From a bacterium (GTDB lineage: Bacteria > Patescibacteriota > JABMPQ01 > JBDRIV01): DNA of 64,000 nucleotides. The notes under the pieces were generated by a model. That model was given only the letters and a program-made list of their open reading frames with translations. It was not told where the DNA came from and ran no database searches. A program made the translations under genes and the position numbers. Shown here piece by piece: positions 50,454-60,460 of this stretch. Within the stretch, counting starts at the first letter, position 1. Every line of letters begins with the position of its first letter. Location: positions 182,943-246,942 of the forward strand of contig JBDRIV010000002.1 in assembly GCA_043815505.1 (NCBI GenBank), in the 5' to 3' direction.

Positions 50454-51269
50454 ATGTTAACTTATTTACTTCCAGCTATACCATATTTTTCTTTCATCCA
50501 GTTCGAACTGGGCCCTTTTCGTGTTTATACTTGGGGCTTAATGGTTGGTTTGGGATTTTTAGTAGGTATTATAACTATTGTTGTTTTAGCCAATAAAGAC
50601 AAAATTGATATTGATCATGTTTTAAACTTAGCGATCTATATTTTTATTGGTTCATTTATAGGTGCCCGACTTTTTTATATTCTGCTTTTTACTGAAGAGT
50701 TTTCTGCTGATTGGATGGAAGTGTTTAGAATTTGGAATGGTGGCATGGTTTTCTATGGTGGATTAATTGGCGCTTTGCTAGCTAGCTACATTTATATAAA
50801 AGTGAAGAAACTTAAATTTTGGGAAATGGCCGATGTTTTTACTCCCGGACTTGCCATTGGAATTGCCATTGGACGCTTAGGCTGTTTCTTTATTCATGAT
50901 CACATTGGAAAAGAAACCAGTATGCCGTGGGGGTTATCATATTTTGAAGACACTGTTCGTCACGAACCATCTATGTACGGGGTTTTAAGTGCGCTAGCTA
51001 TGTTTGTAGTATTTCTGATTATTAGAAAGAAAATGAAATTTCACGGACAACTTTTTGTAATTTTCACTCTCTGGTATTCTTTTGCGCGTTTGATCTTTGA
51101 TGGTTTTCGTTCTACCGATTTACCATTTTCTGATCCGCGTTTCATTGGTCTAACAATCTCCCAACACATTTCAATTATTCTGATAATTATTTTTGCTTAT
51201 CTATGGTGGGAACGTGATAGATTTCTTACTCCTAAAACTTTAAGTAGTGCAACTAAAAAGGATGATTAA
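50454..51269 (+). CDS. lgt: prolipoprotein diacylglyceryl transferase
   Basis: GARLFY, WNGGMVFYGG, GRLGCFF, RHEPSMY. Confidence 0.88.
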   Translation: MLTYLLPAIPYFSFIQFELGPFRVYTWGLMVGLGFLVGIITIVVLANKDKIDIDHVLNLAIYIFIGSFIGARLFYILLFTEEFSADWMEVFRIWNGGMVFYGGLIGALLASYIYIKVKKLKFWEMADVFTPGLAIGIAIGRLGCFFIHDHIGKETSMPWGLSYFEDTVRHEPSMYGVLSALAMFVVFLIIRKKMKFHGQLFVIFTLWYSFARLIFDGFRSTDLPFSDPRFIGLTISQHISIILIIIFAYLWWERDRFLTPKTLSSATKKDD

Positions 51270-51901
51270 TGAATAAATTCTTACCAATTTTTATAATCAT
51301 TATAATAACCGCTTGTGTGATAGGGGTTATTGTTTTCTTATCTAATAATAAAGACAACGAAACATCAGACAATACTGTTTTCAATCAAGATTATAGTCAG
51401 GATTGGAAAAAGGGAGCAAAAGATCCTAAAGTTGTTTTAGTTGAGTACGCTGATTTTGAATGCCCGGCTTGTGCTAGTGTAAAAGGTGTTCCTGACGCAC
51501 TGCTTAGAAAATATCCTGACGAATTACAATTTGTTTACCGGCATTATCCTTTGCAAAATTCTCACCTCCATGCTTTTAAGGCAGCCGAGGCTGCTGAAGC
51601 GGCTGGTGCGCAAGGAAAGTTTTGGGAAATGCATGATATTTTATTTGATAATCAAACTGATTTAACCGAAGATTCTTTGAGAGTTTATGCTTCCCGAATT
51701 GATTTAGATATGTCCATTTTTATCCGCGATTTGAATAATGAAACTTATGCTCCTAATGTCCAAAGTGATTATGATTCTGGACGTGCAGTTGAAGTTCGCA
51801 GAACACCAACATTTTTTGTAAATGGTGAAGAATATACTGGCAATATTACCTTACAAGGCTTAAGTTCGGCCATTGAAGATGTTATTTCGACAGCTAATTA
51901 A
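51269..51901 (+). CDS. DsbA family oxidoreductase
   Basis: EYADFECPAC, RHYPL, TPTFFVNG. Confidence 0.93.
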   Translation: MNKFLPIFIIIIITACVIGVIVFLSNNKDNETSDNTVFNQDYSQDWKKGAKDPKVVLVEYADFECPACASVKGVPDALLRKYPDELQFVYRHYPLQNSHLHAFKAAEAAEAAGAQGKFWEMHDILFDNQTDLTEDSLRVYASRIDLDMSIFIRDLNNETYAPNVQSDYDSGRAVEVRRTPTFFVNGEEYTGNITLQGLSSAIEDVISTAN

Positions 51902-51918
51902 TATGTTATAATATCAAT

Positions 51919-52653
51919 ATGAATAAAAAAGTAATTATAATAATTATAATTATTGCTACACTGATTCTAATTGGAATCGGATCGTTTGTTTTTATAAGGT
52001 TAGGAAAGAACGAGGTTGTGCCAGCAGAAATCGTTACCGAAGAGGTTTTTACAATTGATGATGACGAGGAAGATTCAGTCGATTTGGAATCAAGTGATAC
52101 AGAAGGAAGTGATTTTGATGATGTTGATAATGATGGTTTAACAGCTGATGAGGAAGAGGAATTAGGAACTGATCCTAAAAAAGTTGACACCGATGGTGAT
52201 GGTTATAATGATGGTCTGGAAGTAAGCAAGGGTTTTGATCCTTTGACCAAATCAACTGCCACTGGAATTGTAACTGAAGTACCAGACGAGGACGCTAATT
52301 TAAAAACTACTGCTACCAAAGTATTTGCCGATACTGCCAACAGCGGAGCTACCGGAACAGTTTCAATTCAAAAAGATGGTGACATTGAATATCTTTATAT
52401 CAAAATTTCAAATTTGTTTAGTGACGGTGAAAATAATTGGTTTATTCCAGTTATAACCAGTGGTGAAAACAATAGTTTATTAAGACCATTTACGGTTGAC
52501 AATACTGGCGTAGTCGATCATACTGTAAAACTAAGCGGAATTAGCCCCGAGGTTTCAACGGACATAGATAAATTAGAAATTATAAATAGTACCGAATTTT
52601 CTCAAAGTAATCCTGGAGGATTAACGGTATCTTTAACAGCTAACTTTAAATAA
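51919..52653 (+). CDS. membrane-anchored acidic protein with thrombospondin type 3-like calcium-binding repeats
   Basis: DVDNDGLTADEEEELGTDPKKVDTDGDGYNDGLE; TATAAT 6 nt before the ATG suggests a leaderless mRNA. Confidence 0.75.
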   Translation: MNKKVIIIIIIIATLILIGIGSFVFIRLGKNEVVPAEIVTEEVFTIDDDEEDSVDLESSDTEGSDFDDVDNDGLTADEEEELGTDPKKVDTDGDGYNDGLEVSKGFDPLTKSTATGIVTEVPDEDANLKTTATKVFADTANSGATGTVSIQKDGDIEYLYIKISNLFSDGENNWFIPVITSGENNSLLRPFTVDNTGVVDHTVKLSGISPEVSTDIDKLEIINSTEFSQSNPGGLTVSLTANFK

Positions 52654-53550
52654 ATGAAGAAAAATAATTTATATGCGCTCGTTTCGATAATTCTCGTTTT
52701 GGGTTTTATTGCCGGGTACCTAACACAAATTTACAATTTATGGTTTATGGTTACAGCCATTTTTGTAATTGGTGTGCTAGCAATTTTTATTGTGGGCATG
52801 AAAAAAACTAAATCTGAAGTAAGAGTTGAAAGTAGCTCGACGCCGTGGGTAATTACAACCTTGTTGTTTGCGGTCCTTACCATTGGTTCGTTGATGGTTG
52901 ATATTGATTTGTCAAAAACAGACACTTTAGCAGGTTCGGCCGATAAAGCAGCTGATGATGTTGTTGCTGCTACTGCTGATGATGATGACACAGTTAAACC
53001 AGAAGCCGTTAAAGCTGATGTATCTGTGGATGATGATTATGTTTTGGGAGATGCTGATGCGCCAGTTACGATGATAGAATTTTCTGATTATCAGTGTCCT
53101 TATTGTGAACGTCATTTTTCTCAAACTACTCCAGAAATAAAAAAGAATTATGTTGATACTGGCAAAGTAAAACTGATCTTTCGTGATTTTCCGCTTTCTT
53201 TTCATCCTAACGCCTTTCCGGCTGCAACTGCTGCCAATTGTGCTGGTGAACAAGGAGAGTACTGGAATATGCACGACGCTTTATTTGAAAGTCAAGCTGA
53301 TTGGACAGAATTAGCCGATCCAAATACAGAATACAAAAAACTTGCTTCTAACCTTGGTTTAAATACCTCGGAATTTGCTACTTGCTTGGAATCAGGTGAT
53401 CAAGAAGCAGAAATAGAAAAAGATTTTAAAGATGGTCAAGTGGCTGGCGTAAAAGGCACACCAGCTTTCTTCATAAATGGCGAATTTATTTCTGGCGCTC
53501 AACCTTACGCCAATTTCTCTGCTGTTATCGACAAATATCTTGCCAACTAA
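52654..53550 (+). CDS. DsbA family oxidoreductase with three N-terminal TM helices
   Basis: EFSDYQCPYC, RDFPL, GTPAFFING, GAQPY. Confidence 0.93.
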   Translation: MKKNNLYALVSIILVLGFIAGYLTQIYNLWFMVTAIFVIGVLAIFIVGMKKTKSEVRVESSSTPWVITTLLFAVLTIGSLMVDIDLSKTDTLAGSADKAADDVVAATADDDDTVKPEAVKADVSVDDDYVLGDADAPVTMIEFSDYQCPYCERHFSQTTPEIKKNYVDTGKVKLIFRDFPLSFHPNAFPAATAANCAGEQGEYWNMHDALFESQADWTELADPNTEYKKLASNLGLNTSEFATCLESGDQEAEIEKDFKDGQVAGVKGTPAFFINGEFISGAQPYANFSAVIDKYLAN

Positions 53551-53627
53551 AAAAGTTTAAGTAAAACACCAATGACATACTGAAATAAAACTGAATTAGA
53601 ATTAATTGGTGTTTTAACTTAAATTAA

Positions 53628-54278
53628 ATGACAAAAAATCAACAGAAAAAATTCACTCTACTAACTAGTATTTTTATAACCGCTTTGGTAGCGGCTAATT
53701 TATTAGGGAGTAAAATTACTGTGCTGGCTGGTATTTCAGTTTCGGTGGCAATTTTTGCTTACCCACTGACATTTTTAGTGACAGACATTGTAGAAGAAGT
53801 ACTGGGCAAAAAGGTAGCCAAACAATTAATAGTGGCTGGTTTTCTATCGTTATTTATTTTATTGTTCCTAACATGGTTATCAGTGATTTTACCGGCAGCT
53901 GACAGATATGAATTTAACAATGAATACAAAACAATATTTTCCAGTTCATTGCGCATGATAATTGCTTCGCTAGTAGCATTTTTGCTTAGTCAGTTTCATG
54001 ATGTGTGGGCCTTTAATTTCTGGAAAGAAAAAACCAAAGGAAAATTGCTTTGGTTGAGAAATAATTTTTCGACCGTGATTTCTCAGTTTATAGATACTTC
54101 AGTTTTTATGTTTATCGCTTTCTACATGATAACGCCCAAATTTGATGTATCTTTTATTATTTCGCTCATAATTCCTTATTGGTTGTTTAAAATTGCTTTT
54201 GCAGTTATAGACACGCCGTTTGTTTATTTGGGTGTTAAATGGTTAAAAGAAAAAGAAGAACTAAATGAAACTAAATAA
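53628..54278 (+). CDS. yhhQ: queuosine precursor transporter (YhhQ/Vut_1 family)
   Basis: ANLLGSK, YPLTFLVTDIVEE, ASLVAFLLSQFHD, LWLRNNFST, DTPFVY. Confidence 0.9.
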   Translation: MTKNQQKKFTLLTSIFITALVAANLLGSKITVLAGISVSVAIFAYPLTFLVTDIVEEVLGKKVAKQLIVAGFLSLFILLFLTWLSVILPAADRYEFNNEYKTIFSSSLRMIIASLVAFLLSQFHDVWAFNFWKEKTKGKLLWLRNNFSTVISQFIDTSVFMFIAFYMITPKFDVSFIISLIIPYWLFKIAFAVIDTPFVYLGVKWLKEKEELNETK

Positions 54279-55791
54279 AAAACATTATTTGTACTTAACC
54301 GGATTTTTTTCCGGCATGTCGGTAACCGCCATAGAAATTTCTGCTTCGCGTTTACTGGCGCCATATTTTGGTACTTCTGTTTATGTTTGGACTTCGGTGA
54401 TTGGAATAACTTTGTTAGCCTTGGCACTGGGATATTATTTTGGTGGGAGATTTATTGACAGAAAACCACAAGTTGGTGTTTATTTTATGGTTTTATTAAT
54501 GGCGGGAATTTTTGGCATGTTGATACCAGTTCTAGCTAAGCCAATATCTACTTTTGCTATTGCAGTTACGAGTAATATTTTTAATACTTCAGCTGTTATA
54601 ATCTTGGGCTCCTTTTTGGCCATGTTAATCTTGTTTGCTCTGCCTTTAATACTTTTAGGAATGGTAAGTCCTTCTCTAATAAGGCTTATTACCAAAGATA
54701 AAGAAGAATCGGGTAGAGTAGCAGGGTCGGTGTTTTTTATAACCACGCTTGGTAGTTTGGTCGGAACATTTTTGCCCGCTCTTTTGTTTATTCCTTTCTT
54801 GGGAACCAAAAAAACTATTGTAATATTCTCTGCTGTATTAATATTTTTTGGTTTAAGCTTTTTTAGTAAGTGGCAACGCTGGTCACTGGTGGGAATTCTG
54901 CTTCTCGGATTAACAGGTTCTATGTTGTCACCAAGTGTTGTTCGGGCTGATGTTTTATATGAAACAGAAAGTGCTTATCAATATATTTCAGTGCTGGAAG
55001 CGGGCGGCAATCGTTATTTAACTTTTAATGACTCCAGCGGTTACCAGTCAGTTTACAACGCCAACAATTTACTCATTGATAACACTTACTACAATTATTA
55101 TCTAACCCTTCCGTATTTAGCTCAAAAAAATCCAGGTGCAAATCTGGATGTTTTAATTATTGGACTGGCTGGTGGAACCATATCTCGTCAATACCATGAA
55201 TTGTTAGCAGACGAATTTAATTTACACATTGATGGAGTAGAGATTGATAAAAAGGTTATTGATGTGGGGAAAGAATATTTTGAATTGGACAACCCGTCTC
55301 TAGATATTATAAATGAAGATGGCCGAATGTATTTGGCGCAAACTGATAAAAAATATGACATTATAATTATTGATGCTTATTCGCAACAACTTTATATTCC
55401 TTTTCATCTTTCCACTAAAGAATTCTTTACCAATGTAGCAGATCATTTGCAAGAGGGAGGATTAATGGCTATTAATGTAAATGCTTTTAGTAACAAATCG
55501 CGTCTTCTAAATAGTTTTTATGCTACCATTGAGGCTGTTTTTAAAAACACTAATGCTTACAAAGCTACAGCCTATTCCAATCATATTATTATTGGTAGTA
55601 AAGATAATTATTTGTATGATGATGTTTCAGATCCTGACAACCAACAAATAAAAATCTACATAAATGATTTATATGATCAAAAAGTTGATATGGAACCACA
55701 AACGGAAAATATATTTACAGATGACAAGGCTCCAATTGAATTATTAACTGACAAAGAATATTTCAATTATTGGTTGGAAAATAGAAAATAA
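54265..55791 (+). CDS. fused MFS-like / spermidine synthase protein
   Basis: EISASRLLAPYFG TM region; ESAYQ, IIGLAGG, VEID, IIIDAY, TDDKAPIE. Confidence 0.9.
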   Translation: MKLNKKHYLYLTGFFSGMSVTAIEISASRLLAPYFGTSVYVWTSVIGITLLALALGYYFGGRFIDRKPQVGVYFMVLLMAGIFGMLIPVLAKPISTFAIAVTSNIFNTSAVIILGSFLAMLILFALPLILLGMVSPSLIRLITKDKEESGRVAGSVFFITTLGSLVGTFLPALLFIPFLGTKKTIVIFSAVLIFFGLSFFSKWQRWSLVGILLLGLTGSMLSPSVVRADVLYETESAYQYISVLEAGGNRYLTFNDSSGYQSVYNANNLLIDNTYYNYYLTLPYLAQKNPGANLDVLIIGLAGGTISRQYHELLADEFNLHIDGVEIDKKVIDVGKEYFELDNPSLDIINEDGRMYLAQTDKKYDIIIIDAYSQQLYIPFHLSTKEFFTNVADHLQEGGLMAINVNAFSNKSRLLNSFYATIEAVFKNTNAYKATAYSNHIIIGSKDNYLYDDVSDPDNQQIKIYINDLYDQKVDMEPQTENIFTDDKAPIELLTDKEYFNYWLENRK

Positions 55792-55803
55792 TGGCTTATC
55801 CCC

Positions 55804-55970
55804 TTGACTTTAGATAAAAATTATAGTATACTTAAAGGAGTTACATACTAATGAGGGGTATGTCTCCAAAAACAAAAAATCACAATTCGTTATCAAAAAC
55901 ACAAATAGCTTTCCAGCCGAAGGGAGCTTTTATTTGTAAATAAACGAGCATTTAAGCTCGTTTTTCTTTT
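55804..55970 (+). promoter_or_regulatory. promoter and structured leader ending in a terminator-like hairpin
   Basis: TTGACT-N17-TATACT; three hairpins, the last AAACGAGC-ATTTAA-GCTCGTTT followed by TTCTTTT. Confidence 0.55.
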
Positions 55971-55992
55971 ATCTAAAATTAAAAACAAAAAT

Positions 55993-58900
55993 ATGATAAA
56001 AATTATCAAAAAATCATTCATCAAAACGTCACAAATTGCCCTAGTTGGTATTGTGGCTTTTAGTATGTTAATGATTCCTACTCCCAATGTAGGAAAAACT
56101 GAAGCCGCCAGTGCTTCCGCAATGACTGGCATTCAAAAAGTGAGTGTTAGTTTAGCCAGTAGCACTAAAAGTGCTAATACAAATTACATCTATACTTTAC
56201 AGGGTGTGGGACCAGTAGCTGACAATTCTGATATGCATATCAATGCTCATTTTATGGGTGATCATAATAATGGTGGTCATGTCAATTTTAACAATGCTAC
56301 CTTTTCATCTGCTACTATCAGCGGAACTGTTTTTAATCATGATAATGATTACTTGATGGTGAGAATTACTTCTGGAACAAACGATCCCAATTGGAGTTTT
56401 ACTTTATCTGGTGTAATAAATCCATCAGTTGAAGGAGCTTACAACACAGAAGTTAGAATTTATGCTCCCGGTGAACAACCAGGACAAAACGAAATGGGAA
56501 CTAGTGCCATATTTGCAGTTGGTAATCCTAGTGTTATGGGTACTGTGAGATTGGCAGATAATTCTCCACTAAATGGTGGATATTTGAACTTATTCTCAGA
56601 GAATAATCCTGAAGCTAACTACGGATCAAATATTTCCGATGGAAATTATATGATTTTTAATGTCCCAGCTGGAACATATACAATGAATGTTTGGGCAAAT
56701 CCTGGTGATATAATTGGTCAAATTGCTCCGATGGGACAAAAAGTCACAGTGGTAAATAATCAAACCGTAACTAAAAACTTAAAATTTACTGAAGCAACAA
56801 AATATGTAGTCGGAAAAGTCCAAAGAAAAAATGGAGAAGCAATCACCAATGCTACAGTTGAAGCTCATAGTAAATCAGGCTCCCATGTTGAAGCTAATAC
56901 AAATTCTAATGGACGCTTCAGTTTAGCTTGTGGTCCGGGCGAATGGGATTTGCAAGTTAGCCCTCGACGTAACAATCAGGGTCAACAAATAGCAGTTGAT
57001 TGGATATTCAGTAATAATGGTCGTAATGTTGTAAATTTTGCTAATAATTCAAGCGATGAAACTGTTACACAAAATTTTAAAGTTGACACCACCGACGCTC
57101 GTCTTAAAGGAAAAATTGTAAAACCAAATGGTCAACCCGCTAAATGGGGCTGGGTTAATGTTATGAATCCTATGAGTCATGGCGGTTCTGGAATTAGCAC
57201 CAATGAACAAGGTGAATTTAATATTTCCGTAATGTCAGGAACTTACATTCTAGAATATAGTAGTCAAGATCAGTCAATGTATTTAGATTCTGTAAAAACA
57301 ACTGTGGGAACAAACCAGACAAAAGATCTTGGTACTCTTACTTTAAAACAAAAAACATCTCGTCTTACTGGAAAAATTGTTAACAAACAAGGTCAGGGAA
57401 TAAGTGATATTGAAATGAATTTTTGGTCACCTAGAGGAGCTGGCTGGGGACGTGGTATCTCTAATGGCAGTGGTGAATTTTCGGTATTAATGGCTCCTGG
57501 AACTTATGAAGGTCAACCTTGGATGGGCGACAATGCCGATTACGTTTATATGGGTGAGCCAAAATCTGTAACAGTAGTTGCTAACCAAACTAAAAGTTTG
57601 GGAAATGTTGTTTTAACAGATGCTGATGCCACAATTAATATTACAGTTCAAAACGCAGAAAACAATCAAACTTTAAGTGATTTATTTGGCTTCGCCTTTG
57701 TTATATCTGAAAACGGAGGTTTTATTGGATCCGATATTCAAAGAGGTCAAGTTTCTCTGCGCGTCCCCCATGGTACGTATAAATACAATGTTGATACTTG
57801 GGATTCTGAATATACAATTCTAAGTGGTGATCAACTAACCGTTGCTAAAGACGCATCTAAAAATGTAACAGTTAAAGCTTATCCAAATAATTCAAATATC
57901 TCTGGACATTTAGTTGATGAAAACGGCAAAACAATTACGGGAGTACAAGCATTTGTTTTTGCTGAAACTGCTGGTACTTGGAAGGAAACCATGATTGATC
58001 CAAAAGACGGGTCTTATTCCTTAGGCGTACTTGGTGGTGATGATATGAATTATTTCATAGGTGCTCATAGTGAATCTCAAGACTATATAAACCAGGAACC
58101 ATTTGGAAAACCTCCAGTTAATGTTCCTGCCAATAAAACAGTTGCCAACGATATACTGATGCTAAAAGCAGATGCAACCATTGAAGTAGAAATCCTTGAT
58201 CCTGATGGTAATAGAATTCCTTGGGGATTTGCTTGGGCTTCTAACCGTTTCCATGTTGAGGAAAATGATTTGGATGTTCCAGTGATTGACACTGGTAGTG
58301 AAGGTAAGGGTGGAAGTGCCTTAATCGGCGTAAAAGGTAATGCTCCTGGTACTAATAATTATGTTTATGAAGTAGGTACGGGTATGGGACCAGAATTTTC
58401 AACCTACCTTCCTCCCGAGATGCAGGAAGTCACACCAGCTATTGGCGAAACTGTGAAAATAACAATGCAGATGGAAAAAGCAGATGCCTATATAATTGGA
58501 ACAATTACAACTTCTAGTGGTTCATCAATTCGTGATGCAGGTGTTTGGGCTTACACAGAAAATGGTCGCGATACTTTTGTACCAACTTTTGGTGGTAACA
58601 CCTACCGCTTGCCAGTAAAAAGTGGTGAGACTTGGTATATAGGTGCCGATGCTATGGCTAACAAAAAACATTATCGTGTTTCACCAGAAGCTGTTGCGGT
58701 TCCAAGTCCGGGAGAATATTCAAAAGATTTAGTGCTTTTAGAATCAAGTTATATTCTACCTGATCCAATTACTGTAAACTTTGATTCGGCCAGTCCCTAT
58801 TCTATTCTTTTAGATGAAGAAGGTTTGAGTCGAATTGAAATACCAGCTGGTGCAATGGCAGACGAAGGCAATGTTACCGTTACTGTTACTCCGAAAGTTG

Positions 58901-60141
58901 ATTTAATGCATGAAAAAGGCAAAGAACCTCTGGCATTTGCGCTTGATATTGAAGCTCGTGATTCTGATGGACAGGAAATAACCCAGCTAAATCAAAATAT
59001 CTCAATTACTTTTAAAGTAACTGATGCTATGTTGGCTGAAGCTGGTGCAAATTCAATTTCTGAATTATCTGCCGCTTATGTTGACGAATCAACTAATCGC
59101 TGGAGTAACATTGACCGAGTTACAATCGATCAAGAAAATTACACAGTTACTATGAGCGTGAATCACTTAACAGTATTCTCACCAATCACTTCTTCCGGTT
59201 CACAAGGTCAAAGAACACCTAAGAAAATTGTGACTGGCGTAGGAACTGGCGATGGTCCACACGTCCAAGTGTTTGGTGATAAAGACGACGGTCCAATTGC
59301 TTCCTTCTTTGCTTACGATTCCAATGCTCGTTTTGGTGTCAATGTTGCTTCTGGCGATTTAAATGGTGATGGTAACACTGAAATTATAACTGGTCCTGGA
59401 GAAGGTGGCAGTCCCGAAGTTAAAATATTCAACGATCAAGGTTCGATTCTAGGACAATTCATGGCTTATGATTCCAATTCTCGCTTTGGTGTTAGGGTTG
59501 CAGTTGGTGACACTAATGGTGACGGTACAAAAGAAATTGTAACAGTTCCTGGTGATGGCGCCCCTGGTCATGTAAAAGTTTGGAACGATTCCGGTACTCT
59601 CCTTTCAAGTTTCTTTGCTTTTGACACAACCGACACTAATTCTGCGCACATTGCTTTAGGAGATACTTCTGGTAATGGCAAAGAAGAAATAATTGTTGGC
59701 TCCGGTGGAAAAGGTGAAGAGCCAGCTCATGTTCGTATCTATAATGATAGTGCAGCCTTAGTTTCCGAATGGAGTGCTTATGAAGATGATGGTTGGAATA
59801 CTGGAGTAACAGTTGCTGCTGGCGATTTAAATGGCGATGGTACAACTGAAGTTGTAACCGGAACCCAAACTGGTAAAGGGCCTCATGTTAAAGTATGGAA
59901 TCCGATTAATGCTCAGCTACTTTCATCCTTTATGGCTTATGAATCTACCGCTCGCTTCGGTGTTAATGTTGCTGTTGGTGATTTAAATGCTGATGGTAAC
60001 ACAGAAATTATAACCGCTCCAGGTCAGGGCGGTGGTCCTCATATTAAGACCTGGGATTATAACGCTAAATTGCTAATGAGTTTCTTTCCTTATAATTTCA
60101 ATTTGCGTAGTGGAGTGAACCTTGCTACTGGAGACCTTTAG
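55993..60141 (+). CDS. 1382-aa secreted surface protein with carboxypeptidase-regulatory-like beta-sandwich repeats and C-terminal FG-GAP-like repeats
   Basis: Signal peptide; repeated G.IV..NG.P...TN..G.F modules; GDLNGDGNTEIITG repeats. Confidence 0.88.
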   Translation: MIKIIKKSFIKTSQIALVGIVAFSMLMIPTPNVGKTEAASASAMTGIQKVSVSLASSTKSANTNYIYTLQGVGPVADNSDMHINAHFMGDHNNGGHVNFNNATFSSATISGTVFNHDNDYLMVRITSGTNDPNWSFTLSGVINPSVEGAYNTEVRIYAPGEQPGQNEMGTSAIFAVGNPSVMGTVRLADNSPLNGGYLNLFSENNPEANYGSNISDGNYMIFNVPAGTYTMNVWANPGDIIGQIAPMGQKVTVVNNQTVTKNLKFTEATKYVVGKVQRKNGEAITNATVEAHSKSGSHVEANTNSNGRFSLACGPGEWDLQVSPRRNNQGQQIAVDWIFSNNGRNVVNFANNSSDETVTQNFKVDTTDARLKGKIVKPNGQPAKWGWVNVMNPMSHGGSGISTNEQGEFNISVMSGTYILEYSSQDQSMYLDSVKTTVGTNQTKDLGTLTLKQKTSRLTGKIVNKQGQGISDIEMNFWSPRGAGWGRGISNGSGEFSVLMAPGTYEGQPWMGDNADYVYMGEPKSVTVVANQTKSLGNVVLTDADATINITVQNAENNQTLSDLFGFAFVISENGGFIGSDIQRGQVSLRVPHGTYKYNVDTWDSEYTILSGDQLTVAKDASKNVTVKAYPNNSNISGHLVDENGKTITGVQAFVFAETAGTWKETMIDPKDGSYSLGVLGGDDMNYFIGAHSESQDYINQEPFGKPPVNVPANKTVANDILMLKADATIEVEILDPDGNRIPWGFAWASNRFHVEENDLDVPVIDTGSEGKGGSALIGVKGNAPGTNNYVYEVGTGMGPEFSTYLPPEMQEVTPAIGETVKITMQMEKADAYIIGTITTSSGSSIRDAGVWAYTENGRDTFVPTFGGNTYRLPVKSGETWYIGADAMANKKHYRVSPEAVAVPSPGEYSKDLVLLESSYILPDPITVNFDSASPYSILLDEEGLSRIEIPAGAMADEGNVTVTVTPKVDLMHEKGKEPLAFALDIEARDSDGQEITQLNQNISITFKVTDAMLAEAGANSISELSAAYVDESTNRWSNIDRVTIDQENYTVTMSVNHLTVFSPITSSGSQGQRTPKKIVTGVGTGDGPHVQVFGDKDDGPIASFFAYDSNARFGVNVASGDLNGDGNTEIITGPGEGGSPEVKIFNDQGSILGQFMAYDSNSRFGVRVAVGDTNGDGTKEIVTVPGDGAPGHVKVWNDSGTLLSSFFAFDTTDTNSAHIALGDTSGNGKEEIIVGSGGKGEEPAHVRIYNDSAALVSEWSAYEDDGWNTGVTVAAGDLNGDGTTEVVTGTQTGKGPHVKVWNPINAQLLSSFMAYESTARFGVNVAVGDLNADGNTEIITAPGQGGGPHIKTWDYNAKLLMSFFPYNFNLRSGVNLATGDL

Positions 60142-60167
60142 AATTTAAAGAAGTAAAAAAATTTGAT

Positions 60168-60204
60168 CCCAGCCCTTTCCTAATTAAAGGGCTGGGTTTC
60201 TTTT
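60168..60204 (+). terminator. intrinsic terminator
   Basis: CCCAGCCCTTT...AAAGGGCTGGG followed by TTTCTTTT. Confidence 0.8.
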
Positions 60205-60230
60205 AAACTACTGGGTGTGGATAGTTGCCC

Positions 60231-60445
60231 TTGAAAAAGGTTAAAATATTTGCTATAATAAAGGTAGAAAGTGAGTAAAAAGTAACTTGCTTTCAAATGG
60301 GGTTGAAAACTGGCAAAAAAACAAAAAGACAATTGAAGAATGTACAATGCCTCTTTCTAATGAAGGAGGTATTGTACTTTTAGGGCAAAATTAAAGAGCA
60401 AAGAGTGAAATTTCGAGTTTTTATTCTTTGCTCTTTAAATTTTGA
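60231..60445 (+). ncRNA. candidate stand-alone small RNA (or 28-aa ORF) with its promoter
   Basis: TTGAAA-N17-TATAAT with extended TG, three hairpins, no downstream plus-strand gene. Confidence 0.4.
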
Positions 60446-60460
60446 ATTTTAATCTAGCTA

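Noticed and set aside
53551-53627. preQ1 riboswitch upstream of yhhQ
   Set aside because: An A-rich AATAAAACTGAA is present, but no preceding stem with the preQ1-I loop; only an AAAACACCAAT/ATTGGTGTTTT inverted repeat.
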